Origin: Bacillota bacterium | GTDB taxonomy: Bacteria > Bacillota > UBA4882 > UBA8346 | Reading direction: 5' to 3' | Assembly (NCBI GenBank): GCA_003501365.1 | Contig: DNPP01000050.1 | Coordinates: 1-44,419 of the forward strand | DNA: 44,419 nucleotides | Part shown: positions 16,105 through 25,069 of the stretch, one piece after another | Numbering within the stretch: the stretch's first letter is position 1 | Layout of the letters: each line of letters opens with the position of its first letter | Notes under the pieces: generated by a model | The model's input: the letters and a program-made list of their open reading frames with translations, nothing else | What the model was told of the DNA's origin: nothing | The model's database searches: none | Translations under genes and position numbers: made by a program

Positions 16105-16349
16105 CGGAGTTAACTCCTGATTGCTATGTATTAGAAATATAGCGGCGCAAAGAAGTTAGTGATGGTATCATTTTATCACTATGATCAACGGAAAAACAAT
16201 TATATTATTATTATAGATTGGTCATGACGCCGGAAGCTTGAACATTTACTCACCTCCCTCCACAAAGTGAAGATGAAGTTCGGGTAACCCTGCTTGAACA
16301 GCCTGGTTTCTGGACCAATCGAAGGCAACTCTTGTAGCATCTGCTGTAC

Positions 16350-16391
16350 ATAAAGAAATTCTGCCGGCGGCTAATTTAATCACCGGCAGAA
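16350..16391 (-). terminator. Stem-loop after the CBM32 remnant
   Basis: TCTGCCGG (16360-16367) / CCGGCAGA (16383-16390), followed on the minus strand by ATTTCTTTA. Confidence 0.4.
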
Positions 16392-16410
16392 ATCGTCAAA
16401 CATTTTAATG

Positions 16411-16772
16411 TTAGTAATAGGCATTCGGATCGAAGCCGCTGTAGCCGTATACTGCAAATTCACATATCCTGGTTGCCACGGAGTTTGGATTGGTTTGTGG
16501 GTTTGTAATATACAATCTGACATATCTGGCGGTCACATTAACATAATGGTGGTGATATTATAACTATTTCCGGCTACAGCGTCCACGTCAGTCCAGATAT
16601 TGCCATCGTTACTCACTTAAAATTTAAAATCCCCGGTATTTACACTACCGCCATCCCAAGCTTCACTATTTGCGCCAGCGTGTCTTACGACATATTCGAG
16701 AATCGGTAAACTCACGCCCAAATCGATCTTTAACCAATTTGGAACGGCATTGGTAGTACACCATTTTGATGA
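16411..16772 (-). pseudogene. Decayed F5/8 type C (discoidin/CBM32) domain, formerly the C-terminus of the beta-helix protein
   Basis: Reading through the TAA at 16773-16775 gives ...ATASSQLSGEEASKAVDGV*SSKWCTTNAVPNWLKIDLGVSLPILEYVVRHAGANSEAWDGGSVNTGDFKF*VSNDGNIWTDVDAVAGNSYNITT. After a 1-nt frameshift near 16545-16558 it continues VNVTARYVRLYITNPQTNPNSVATRICEFAVYGYSGFDPNAYY*, with the stop at 16411-16413. Confidence 0.75.
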
Positions 16773-18458
16773 TTAAACTCCATCAACTGCTTTCGACGCC
16801 TCTTCTCCTGAAAGTTGTGATGATGCCGTCGCAGTCTTGTTTAAGGCCAAATTGACATAATCGCAGGCTGATTTTGTCTGACCGCTTCCGTTAAATGCTC
16901 CGATATTGGGCGCAGCAGAACCTGATACCGGATTTTTATAGAAATCCTGGCCGCCATTATTACTAATCACCATACCGCTGCCAAGCGCAGGCGATCCTAA
17001 CGCCAGTTTGAAGCCATCGCACTCAGCCATTCCAACCCTTGATGGGAATGGATTTACAAATAGCGGATCAGATGTAATCTTATGAGGGTCGGACGGCTCA
17101 CTACTCACATGGTTACCGTAGAAAATATTGTTGCTAAATACGACATTATTTATTGCATTGTGTCCATTATTGCCCAAGAAGTAAAATATATTATTATAAA
17201 ATTGAGGAGCTCCACTAGTTTTCCAGGCTATCAAGCCGCTATTATCGACCTCGTTTCCCAGGTAAACCGTATTGTTGTAAAATTCCATCGGAGTGCCTCC
17301 ATAACTTGGAGCCGAACCGCCATTGCATATAAAAACCCCATAAGAGTCATTGTTAATAACATTGTATCTGATAACACAATTCCCGGATTTATCATAATTG
17401 CAGGATTCCAGAAATCCGCCGGTATTGTCATGGCTGTAATTATATTGAATCGTAATATAGGTATTGGCTGTATCCAGGTCGAAGGCTGTTCCGTCTTTGC
17501 CCAATCCGCCGCCGCATCCGAAATTATAAATCTCATTGTATTCATAGGTAACGTGATCGATAGCTGCACCCCACATTGCGGCAGAGGCAGTACAGCCATA
17601 CGGAAATAGATCGGCGGGAGCGGTAACACTTCTGACTCCGGAATTCGATACGATATTATTATTGATTTCCACGTTGGAATCCAGCCAAATCACAATACCA
17701 TCGCCGCCGCAGTTGTCGATGGCATTGTTACTGATAGTTATATGCGTATTCCTGGCGCAATTATCAAACATAGGCCACATGCCTCCGGCGCCTGTGTCGT
17801 CATGATGAGTCACCGAGCCGACATATACACCGGTCCGGTCTATATTCCTTATCGTATTGCTGTCGATAAGAATATCATCCCATTTCACAGTGGTATTGGA
17901 AGGATAAAGTGCCTTATGGGCGACTACAATACCGGCATTATACCCATACCAGCCATTGGAAATACCTTGAATGTCGCGGACATTGCAATTACTAATTTTT
18001 ATATGATTCAATTGTCCTGTAGTATCGTTGGTTACATAAATCCCCGTCCTCTGGGCCACGGTTGAGCCGCCGTTGGTAACATCCAGATTATTGATCTCCC
18101 AATATTGTTGGTTGTATAGCTTTACGGCTGAATCATTGCCGCTGCCGTCAATTACCGGTTTATTGCCGAAACCATACATATCCAGTATGATTGGAATTCC
18201 ATTTGCACCGCTTCCTTTCGGATAAAGCTGCCCGGTCCAGGAACACCCTGCTTTAAATAATATTTTGTCGCCCGGTCCGAAAGTGGTTGCATTTACCTTG
18301 CTAAGCGACTTCCAAGCCGAATCGGTACTGGTACCGGAGTTCGAATCGGAGCCCATTGTCGCATCGACATAGTATTTAATATTGGCTGCCCTTACCAAAG
18401 CTGCTGGTACTGTAAATACTGCTAAAGCAATAAAAACAAGTATATAAATTGGTCCCAT
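16773..18458 (-). CDS. Secreted right-handed parallel beta-helix repeat protein (pectate-lyase-fold polysaccharide lyase/hydrolase), C-terminally truncated
   Basis: Signal peptide MGPIYILVFIALAVFTVPAALVRA. Repeated N/G-rich beta-helix coils: ISNCNVRDI, IDSNTIRNI, ISNNAIDNCGGDGI, INNNIVSNSG, YNNTVY, YNNIFY, SNNIFYG. Confidence 0.7.
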   Translation of the reverse strand: MGPIYILVFIALAVFTVPAALVRAANIKYYVDATMGSDSNSGTSTDSAWKSLSKVNATTFGPGDKILFKAGCSWTGQLYPKGSGANGIPIILDMYGFGNKPVIDGSGNDSAVKLYNQQYWEINNLDVTNGGSTVAQRTGIYVTNDTTGQLNHIKISNCNVRDIQGISNGWYGYNAGIVVAHKALYPSNTTVKWDDILIDSNTIRNIDRTGVYVGSVTHHDDTGAGGMWPMFDNCARNTHITISNNAIDNCGGDGIVIWLDSNVEINNNIVSNSGVRSVTAPADLFPYGCTASAAMWGAAIDHVTYEYNEIYNFGCGGGLGKDGTAFDLDTANTYITIQYNYSHDNTGGFLESCNYDKSGNCVIRYNVINNDSYGVFICNGGSAPSYGGTPMEFYNNTVYLGNEVDNSGLIAWKTSGAPQFYNNIFYFLGNNGHNAINNVVFSNNIFYGNHVSSEPSDPHKITSDPLFVNPFPSRVGMAECDGFKLALGSPALGSGMVISNNGGQDFYKNPVSGSAAPNIGAFNGSGQTKSACDYVNLALNKTATASSQLSGEEASKAVDGV

Positions 18459-18571
18459 TTTTTACCCATCCTTTTTGAATAATCACCACTATCTCCCTCT
18501 CTCTTTCGATCAAATCGGGTACACCTGATTTTGGAGATTGTTTGAATTCCATCGTTCCCCCTTTCGTTCAA

Positions 18572-21367
18572 TTACTCCAATTCGATGGTAATAATCTTGC
18601 CTTTTTGTACTGTAACGCAGATGGTGTCCCTGTTTATAACCAGCTCCTGCGTCCGCTCCTCGTTTAAATTGGTTAGATAAGCCTTGAATACATGCAGGTT
18701 GGTAATAATTTTCCCTTCAATTTCCCGTTCCGTAGGATTATAGAGTCTTAATATGACAGTATTGCGTTCTTCGGCCTGCTTCAATGAACTGAAAACTAGG
18801 TTCTCGCCATCCAGGCGGATAAAGCTTTGCTCCGGCGGAAAAACACCGGATTGCTTTCCAAATTGGCAGACACGAAGCGGGACATTGAATGCCAATGCAT
18901 TGTCGTATAACCCGGCTTGATCCCAATATTTCTGGTGCGGCATCAGCGCATATCTGTAACTGAATTCCGCCAAGGATTGAGCGCTATCATCTCCGGGGTA
19001 TTCCATCCATAACCGGTTATCGCAAGGAATCCGCAACCGAGTTCCGCGGACCAACCCCATTGCTATGGTATTCCTGTCATCATGCTCCAAAATCTCATAA
19101 TCTTTGGCTGCATCGGTCAGGATCGCCAGGCCATGCTCGCCGTCCGACAGGTCCAGCCATAAATGGGCCGGATGCCTTGCCAGTTCGTTACCGCGCAATT
19201 CACCGTTAATGGACGGCTTGACCGGATATTCGGTCACCGTAAATGAACCGTCGGCCCAAGTCTTCTGAGCCGAGATATCGGTTGGAAAACAAACTTTAAG
19301 GTAATGATCCCTGACCGTATTTTCAATCGTCGTCTTTACTTCCAAATAACGAACCATTTTGATTAACCGCAATTCAACTTTTACCAGCAACTCTCTTTCA
19401 AATTGGGAGCGCTGTTGCCGGGTCAAATCATATTCGTCCGGTAATTTCAAGCTGAATGTAATCGCAAAAACAATAGCCAAAGGGCCATGAATCCGGATCG
19501 ATACTTGCGCCTGCATTCTAAGGCTATTGATGATCTTGTCGTTGCCAGGAGCGTCGGACATCCACATGTTGCCCTTTTCGCCGCTATCTAAAAAATAATT
19601 GAGGTTGGTATATACTTTGCCCGTCTGCTTGTGAGTGATGTCGATTGTACCGTCTGGATTCACCTTGATCTTGAGATACTCATTTTCTGCCTGATTGGGT
19701 CCGGTGAGCATATCCTCAGCCGGAATCCGTGGTGCGTCCCATTCTTCATGGGGGTAAGGATATTCTTTCTTGGCGGCCCATTTGATTTTAAATGTTTTAA
19801 ATCCCAGGGCCGGAACATTTTCGGCCAGGAAGTAAAGATGAACTTTGGTGCAATAAAAAGGCATATTACGGCTACGGGGATGGTAAATCCCGGCCCTGGT
19901 CTCCCGCCGATCCACTTCTTGGATTTGAATTGGATTACCGTTTAGATCCTCCAATACCAAATAATCCAGCCGGAGATCACTGGGCAAATCAATATAAGCC
20001 TCCACTACTTCACTGCGGGGGAAAGAAGCCGTATTATGAACCGCCAGGAAATATTGGCTATCCGAAATCTCAGTAGTGTCTATCTCCTTGGTCAGGTTTT
20101 GCAAAGCCCGTCTTTCCAAACCTTCCGCGATGACCCGGGCTTGTTTTAAACGGCTTAACTCACCTTCGGCGACTGTTTGCGGTCCTAACCCATGCATCGA
20201 GTCATGGGCGTGGCTCTGGAACATCAGTTTCCAAATCTTTTCAAGGTAAGTCCTCGGGTAACGATCAAGCCCGCATCTCCAGGAGAGGGTCGATAACGGT
20301 TCTGCATAGCGCAAGATTTTATTCTCAGTTTGGCTGTTTTCTATCATCACTTCCGGATGAATGGAAAAAACATCGGTATGGATGGCGCCGACGGGACCGT
20401 CACGCATCGGGCCTTTGACCACATTAAGATCGATCCGGTCCTTTAGGGCGATTTTTAATTCACGGATATAGTCGCCAAGGCTGCTGTGAATAGTTTCGCA
20501 GTCTTCCCCAAATTGCGCTTGAATCTCTTTGATAATCTCGGCAGTCAAAGGGTGGGGCTCTGTAAAATCCGTGCCTTCAAACATCAGTAACACGTCTGGG
20601 GCTGCTGTACCTTCCACGGTATTAAGCGCTCGTTTCATGCCCTCCACAATATTTTCATTATGAAAGGAGGTCACCGGATCCAGAATCTCATAAAACCAGC
20701 CATATCCTTCAGGATCAGCGGTATGGAAAATCTTACCCAATTCGCCCCAGTGATATTGCCAGTCTTTGCCCCAGGCATCCAGGTTATCGACGATTGGAAT
20801 ATGGGCTGCAAAAAAGAAATTCCACCGGGCTTCCCTGCCTAAACGGGATGCCAAAGCTCTTGTCCCGTCCGGCGCTTCCCAGATGAACTCGTGATACTTG
20901 GAACGCCCGGGGTCCATATATTTGTAAAACAAAATGGTATCGATTCCGAAACCGGCGTAAATTTGGGGCAATTGACCGATCTGGCCGAACGAAAAAACGC
21001 TGTACCCGCATTTCATCGCTCCCCCATATTCTGCGGACTTCCGGATGCCGTACAGCAGATTTCGTACTACCGATTCCCCTTGAACCGGCGCACAATCCGC
21101 CAATGTATACCAGGGGCCGATCTCCAGCCGGCCTTCTTTGGCTAATTTCACAATACGTTCCCGGTTTTCCGGCCGGATTTCCAAATAATCCTCCACCAGG
21201 GTCAATTGTCCGTCCAGAAGGAATGAACGGTATTGCGGCTGGGACTCCATAATCTCCAGGAGATGGTCGATACAGTCTACCAACCGCATGCGAGTCCGCT
21301 CAAACTCCCAGCGGAACTCGCGATCCCAATGAGTATAAGTGATAATATGCACTCTCGGTTTGGTCAT
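18572..21367 (-). CDS. Glycoside hydrolase family 38 alpha-mannosidase (cytoplasmic, MngB-like architecture)
   Basis: 931 aa with no signal peptide. N-terminal metal-binding motif HIITYTHWDREFRW. Also FLLDGQ and SHAHDS. The length and domain order fit GH38. Confidence 0.8.
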   Translation of the reverse strand: MTKPRVHIITYTHWDREFRWEFERTRMRLVDCIDHLLEIMESQPQYRSFLLDGQLTLVEDYLEIRPENRERIVKLAKEGRLEIGPWYTLADCAPVQGESVVRNLLYGIRKSAEYGGAMKCGYSVFSFGQIGQLPQIYAGFGIDTILFYKYMDPGRSKYHEFIWEAPDGTRALASRLGREARWNFFFAAHIPIVDNLDAWGKDWQYHWGELGKIFHTADPEGYGWFYEILDPVTSFHNENIVEGMKRALNTVEGTAAPDVLLMFEGTDFTEPHPLTAEIIKEIQAQFGEDCETIHSSLGDYIRELKIALKDRIDLNVVKGPMRDGPVGAIHTDVFSIHPEVMIENSQTENKILRYAEPLSTLSWRCGLDRYPRTYLEKIWKLMFQSHAHDSMHGLGPQTVAEGELSRLKQARVIAEGLERRALQNLTKEIDTTEISDSQYFLAVHNTASFPRSEVVEAYIDLPSDLRLDYLVLEDLNGNPIQIQEVDRRETRAGIYHPRSRNMPFYCTKVHLYFLAENVPALGFKTFKIKWAAKKEYPYPHEEWDAPRIPAEDMLTGPNQAENEYLKIKVNPDGTIDITHKQTGKVYTNLNYFLDSGEKGNMWMSDAPGNDKIINSLRMQAQVSIRIHGPLAIVFAITFSLKLPDEYDLTRQQRSQFERELLVKVELRLIKMVRYLEVKTTIENTVRDHYLKVCFPTDISAQKTWADGSFTVTEYPVKPSINGELRGNELARHPAHLWLDLSDGEHGLAILTDAAKDYEILEHDDRNTIAMGLVRGTRLRIPCDNRLWMEYPGDDSAQSLAEFSYRYALMPHQKYWDQAGLYDNALAFNVPLRVCQFGKQSGVFPPEQSFIRLDGENLVFSSLKQAEERNTVILRLYNPTEREIEGKIITNLHVFKAYLTNLNEERTQELVINRDTICVTVQKGKIITIELE

Positions 21368-21399
21368 TGTTTTGCCTCGCTCGATTCAGCTTCTTTGAT

Positions 21400-21834
21400 T
21401 CAAATAATAATAGGTTCAATATCCCTTTCAAAATAATGGAATTCAGTCCTGACTTCCAAATTTTCCACAATTTTTACCTGAGCTTCCACTGAAAGAGCAA
21501 GCACTTGATGCCATACCCCTTCATGGAGACAGACCGGTTTATCCAGCAGGAAGGCCTCAAATTGACCGGGGTAACTGTTTTCCGCTACTATCAGTAAAAC
21601 TGTACCTTGTAAAGGTTCAAAACTTTCCTTGGTGTTGGGGTGGTTCTCCATCAATTGCGCGGTCCGGTTGGGAACGCGGAAAACCGCCAGACGCCACCCT
21701 CCATCATTTTGGCGAACCCGGATTTCAAAATCTTCCCGATAACCTGGCGTAAATTCGATTACTGTTCCATACTTGCCGAAATTATCACTATTGATATTTT
21801 GAATTATTCTCTTTTTTAAGGCGGTGGGTTCCAC
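21400..21834 (-). CDS. Ureidoglycolate-lyase-like (AllA fold) small cupin protein
   Basis: 144 aa. FGKYGTVIEF...ENHPNTKESFEPLQGTVLLIVAE...FEAFLLDKPVCLHEGVWHQVL follows the AllA/ureidoglycolate lyase pattern: F.YG, HP..Q.F.P, WH. Confidence 0.55.
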   Translation of the reverse strand: MEPTALKKRIIQNINSDNFGKYGTVIEFTPGYREDFEIRVRQNDGGWRLAVFRVPNRTAQLMENHPNTKESFEPLQGTVLLIVAENSYPGQFEAFLLDKPVCLHEGVWHQVLALSVEAQVKIVENLEVRTEFHYFERDIEPIII

Positions 21835-21921
21835 GATTCGCTTCCCTGTCTTTCGGATGAATTGTTATATTGAAACTGCAACCGGATAAGCCACCGGTTA
21901 TCTCGTTTCAAATCGAACAAA

Positions 21922-22611
21922 TTAATTAAAATCTAGAATTTCTTCAACTGTTATGGCACTTAGGTCTTTTATCGCCTTATGAGCCCTTTTATCTTCTGCT
22001 CCATAACCTACTGCCACAACCTTCATACCCGCCGCTAATGCGGCGCTTATTCCCGACACGGCATCTTCAATCACCAGGCACTGTTTTACGGGAATCCTCA
22101 GTTTTGCAGAGGCTTTTACAAACACTTCCGGGTCCGGCTTGCTTTTTTTAATCATATTTCCGTCAATAACTGCATCAAAAAAGCTGCCGAGCCCGATATT
22201 CTCAAGGATAATTTTTGAATTTCTGCTGGATGAACCGATTGCCATTTTTATTCTTTTTTTTCTAAGGCCATACAGCAACGTATTGACCTCCGGCAAAATA
22301 TCATCAGGGGTAATATTCTTTAAAAGCTCCCGGTAAATAAAATTTTTTCTGGCAGCCAATTCAAGCTTTTGCTCCTCTGAGTACTGCTTATTGGAAGCTT
22401 TAAGCAATATTTCCAGGCTCTCCATCCTGCTTACACCCCGAAGTCTGTGGTTAATATCTTTGTCAAAGTATATTCCTTCTGTGTCGGCAAGCTTTTTCCA
22501 GGCTTGATAATGATATTCATCTGTCGATACGATGACACCATCAAGGTCAAAAATTACCGCTTTTATTGACGGTACGCTTATCTCTCTGTTATTCGAAGGA
22601 TTAGGTATCAA
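21922..22611 (-). CDS. pgmB: Beta-phosphoglucomutase (HAD superfamily)
   Basis: Contains AVIFDLDGVIVSTDEYHYQAWKKLA, LRGVSRMESL, GSSSRN, KSKPDPEVF, VIEDAVSGI. Sits immediately downstream of a GH65 phosphorylase. Confidence 0.88.
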   Translation of the reverse strand: MIPNPSNNREISVPSIKAVIFDLDGVIVSTDEYHYQAWKKLADTEGIYFDKDINHRLRGVSRMESLEILLKASNKQYSEEQKLELAARKNFIYRELLKNITPDDILPEVNTLLYGLRKKRIKMAIGSSSRNSKIILENIGLGSFFDAVIDGNMIKKSKPDPEVFVKASAKLRIPVKQCLVIEDAVSGISAALAAGMKVVAVGYGAEDKRAHKAIKDLSAITVEEILDFN

Positions 22612-22658
22612 AGCCCACTACCCCCATTTTGTCATTCATTTCATGATCTTCTTGACAG

Positions 22659-24995
22659 TCAATTGCAAATGGTTTCTCCCGGATGGATTACATATTTTTT
22701 CCCTTGTATAGACAACTGTAGGTTAGCGCCAGCTAAAGACATGTTGGTGACCGATATTCGTTTGCCTTCTATATCCACTGTGAAAACCGCTCCCTTCCAT
22801 TTCAGACGAAATTTCATCCTCCGCCATTTTTCAGGCAAACACGGGTTGATAATGAATTGTTCTTTTCCAGGCAGGCAACCTGCTAACCCGTTAACCACCA
22901 GCGACCAATTCATCCCATGGGCCGCCATATGAGCCCCTTTGTCGGCGTTACCGTTTATATCGTTTAAATCGACCCCTAATGATTTTTCCATGTAATATTT
23001 CGCTTTTTCTTTTAATCCAAGCTGTGCTGCAAGTATGCTATGCACACCGAAGCTAAGCGACGATGAGTGTAGTGTTCGGGGTTCGTAATAATCCCAGTTA
23101 GCTTTGAGGATTCCCTCATCCTGCAACTGGGGCAACAAATACAGCAGCATTAGCACATCGGCTTGCTTAACTGTCTGGGTGAGGTAAGAATCGGAATCCG
23201 GCGCATTCATGCTGATAATCTCGTCCCGGAGCTTAAAGTAGCCTTCAAACTGTTCATAGAGGCCCGCACTGTTTCGCATTACCTTGATCCGGTCTTGATA
23301 GTTTATTATTCTTTCTTCCTCTTCAGGGCTTATAGCTATCCTTGTGGCCATTTCATCCCACTCACGCGCATTGTTTTCTTTCAGGTACTCAATAGCCTTT
23401 TGGGCTAGTGATAGGTTGTAAATGGCCAGATTGTTCACATAGGCGCTGTTATCGCAGACCACATGCCCTTCATCGGGTCCCGCCGCGTTACGGATGGTTA
23501 GCGTTCCTCCATCCTCACCCGCTTTGGATATCCAGAACCTGGCTGTCTCAATTAAAACCTCAGCCGCACATTTCCTGTAGAATTCATAATCCCCGGTGCA
23601 ATCCACATAGTTCTGCACCGCATAAGCAACATCCCCGATGATGTGCAGTTGATGCGTCACCCATTTAAGCCACAGGGGACATTCCTCTGCGCCGCTTATG
23701 GCCGTACACCAAGGGTACTGTGCTCCCTTAAAACCATTGGACAGTGCCTTCCTTCTGGCGCCATCCAGCAGATTGTACCTGTATGTCACCAGGTTCTTTG
23801 CAAGATGCGGCTGGGTAAAAATATAAAAAGGCAACATATGGATGTCGGTGTCCCAGAAAACATTTCCTTGATAGTATTCGCTGGTCAATGCCTTGGCAGG
23901 TATGGAGACGCCGCTGTCGTCCTTTGAGGCCGCAATGAGCAAACTGAATATACTGTGTCTCAATACCACCTGATTCCACTGGTCACCCTCAATCAAAATA
24001 TCCGAATCAACCCAATATTTCTGCCACAGCTTGAAACTTTCCCCTCTGGCATTGTTCAGAAGATCCGCATTGAAGCTTGCGACCGCTTCCTTCACAGCCA
24101 ACATTGAATCTGCTTCGATTCTTGACAACGCAAAAGCCGCAATTCGCTTTACATATAAAACAGCATTCTTTTCAAGATTTACTTCCATCCTTACACAGGT
24201 AGTTTCATCGTCCACCATCGTGGTGTATTGGTCATCCGTCAAGCCTTCGCATACCAGTGCGGTGGCAAATGCCGCCTTCTGCCGGTCAACCTTGCCTTCG
24301 ACAAGTATGCCGACGGAATTCTGATTGAAGCCTTCCTTTGAGACTACGTTATATAGCCTCTCGACATCCGGTTCGCCTGTAATATTCGTTATATAGGTGT
24401 CCCCTTTATTGGACGTATAGGTATTGATTCCGGCCTCAACGACAACATTGCCTGAGTAATTCTTTATCTCAAGCTCATACTCAACAAACACCCGGTTTGT
24501 CCTGACCATATCGGCAAACCTTTTCTGAATCAATTTTATTTCCTTACCACCGGGTGATATCCAATAGGCCTCGCAGATAAACACACCCCGCAACATATCG
24601 AGGGACCTTTTAAAGGACACCAGCTTCCCGGTGCTAAAATCAACCCTTTCGCCGTCTATTTCCCACTTCATGTCCAGAAAGTCGGGGCATTTTACAAGGT
24701 ATATTTCCACACGCTCTTTTACCGCCTTTTCAGGGTAGCTGAAATAGTGATCGGTTCTGTTCCATTCGGATATATCTATTGGCGCCCTTGTCATTCTGTC
24801 ATAGAAACCTGCCATATATATCCCTTGGGATTCTCCCGAAGGCAATTCGGAGATTGTTCCGCGGATGCCGATTCTGCCATTACCAATCGCAAACACAGTG
24901 TGCAAGGATTTTTCGGTATCCGGTGATACCCCTTCCTTGACGATGCTCCATAAATCCTGTCCATAATCAACCAAACCTTTTTGGTATTTTTGCAT
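22659..24995 (-). CDS. Glycoside hydrolase family 65 disaccharide phosphorylase (specificity not determinable)
   Basis: 778 aa. GH65 general-acid region AAGPDEGH. Phosphate-site-like HSSSLS. Also FWDTDIHMLPFY. Paired with pgmB. Confidence 0.82.
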   Translation of the reverse strand: MQKYQKGLVDYGQDLWSIVKEGVSPDTEKSLHTVFAIGNGRIGIRGTISELPSGESQGIYMAGFYDRMTRAPIDISEWNRTDHYFSYPEKAVKERVEIYLVKCPDFLDMKWEIDGERVDFSTGKLVSFKRSLDMLRGVFICEAYWISPGGKEIKLIQKRFADMVRTNRVFVEYELEIKNYSGNVVVEAGINTYTSNKGDTYITNITGEPDVERLYNVVSKEGFNQNSVGILVEGKVDRQKAAFATALVCEGLTDDQYTTMVDDETTCVRMEVNLEKNAVLYVKRIAAFALSRIEADSMLAVKEAVASFNADLLNNARGESFKLWQKYWVDSDILIEGDQWNQVVLRHSIFSLLIAASKDDSGVSIPAKALTSEYYQGNVFWDTDIHMLPFYIFTQPHLAKNLVTYRYNLLDGARRKALSNGFKGAQYPWCTAISGAEECPLWLKWVTHQLHIIGDVAYAVQNYVDCTGDYEFYRKCAAEVLIETARFWISKAGEDGGTLTIRNAAGPDEGHVVCDNSAYVNNLAIYNLSLAQKAIEYLKENNAREWDEMATRIAISPEEEERIINYQDRIKVMRNSAGLYEQFEGYFKLRDEIISMNAPDSDSYLTQTVKQADVLMLLYLLPQLQDEGILKANWDYYEPRTLHSSSLSFGVHSILAAQLGLKEKAKYYMEKSLGVDLNDINGNADKGAHMAAHGMNWSLVVNGLAGCLPGKEQFIINPCLPEKWRRMKFRLKWKGAVFTVDIEGKRISVTNMSLAGANLQLSIQGKKYVIHPGETICN

Positions 24996-25021
24996 TGTTA
25001 TTTAACCCTTTTTTAATGATT

Positions 25022-25062
25022 AAAAGGCTGTAATGCCGCTTTTTCCGGCATTACAGCCTTTT
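25022..25062 (-). terminator. 17-bp perfect stem-loop directly after the SBP gene (partial terminator/mRNA stabiliser)
   Basis: AAAAGGCTGTAATGCCG (25022-25038), loop CTTTTTC, CGGCATTACAGCCTTTT (25046-25062). It lies between the SBP stop (25070) and the GH65 start (24995). Confidence 0.7.
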
Positions 25063-25069
25063 CCGACAA

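Noticed and set aside
16617-16775. Two in-frame TAA codons as possible stop-codon reassignment or read-through.
   Set aside because: TAA terminates several well-supported genes in this window, for example 8997-8999 and 36428-36430. The same domain also carries a frameshift, so decay or sequencing error is the simpler explanation.
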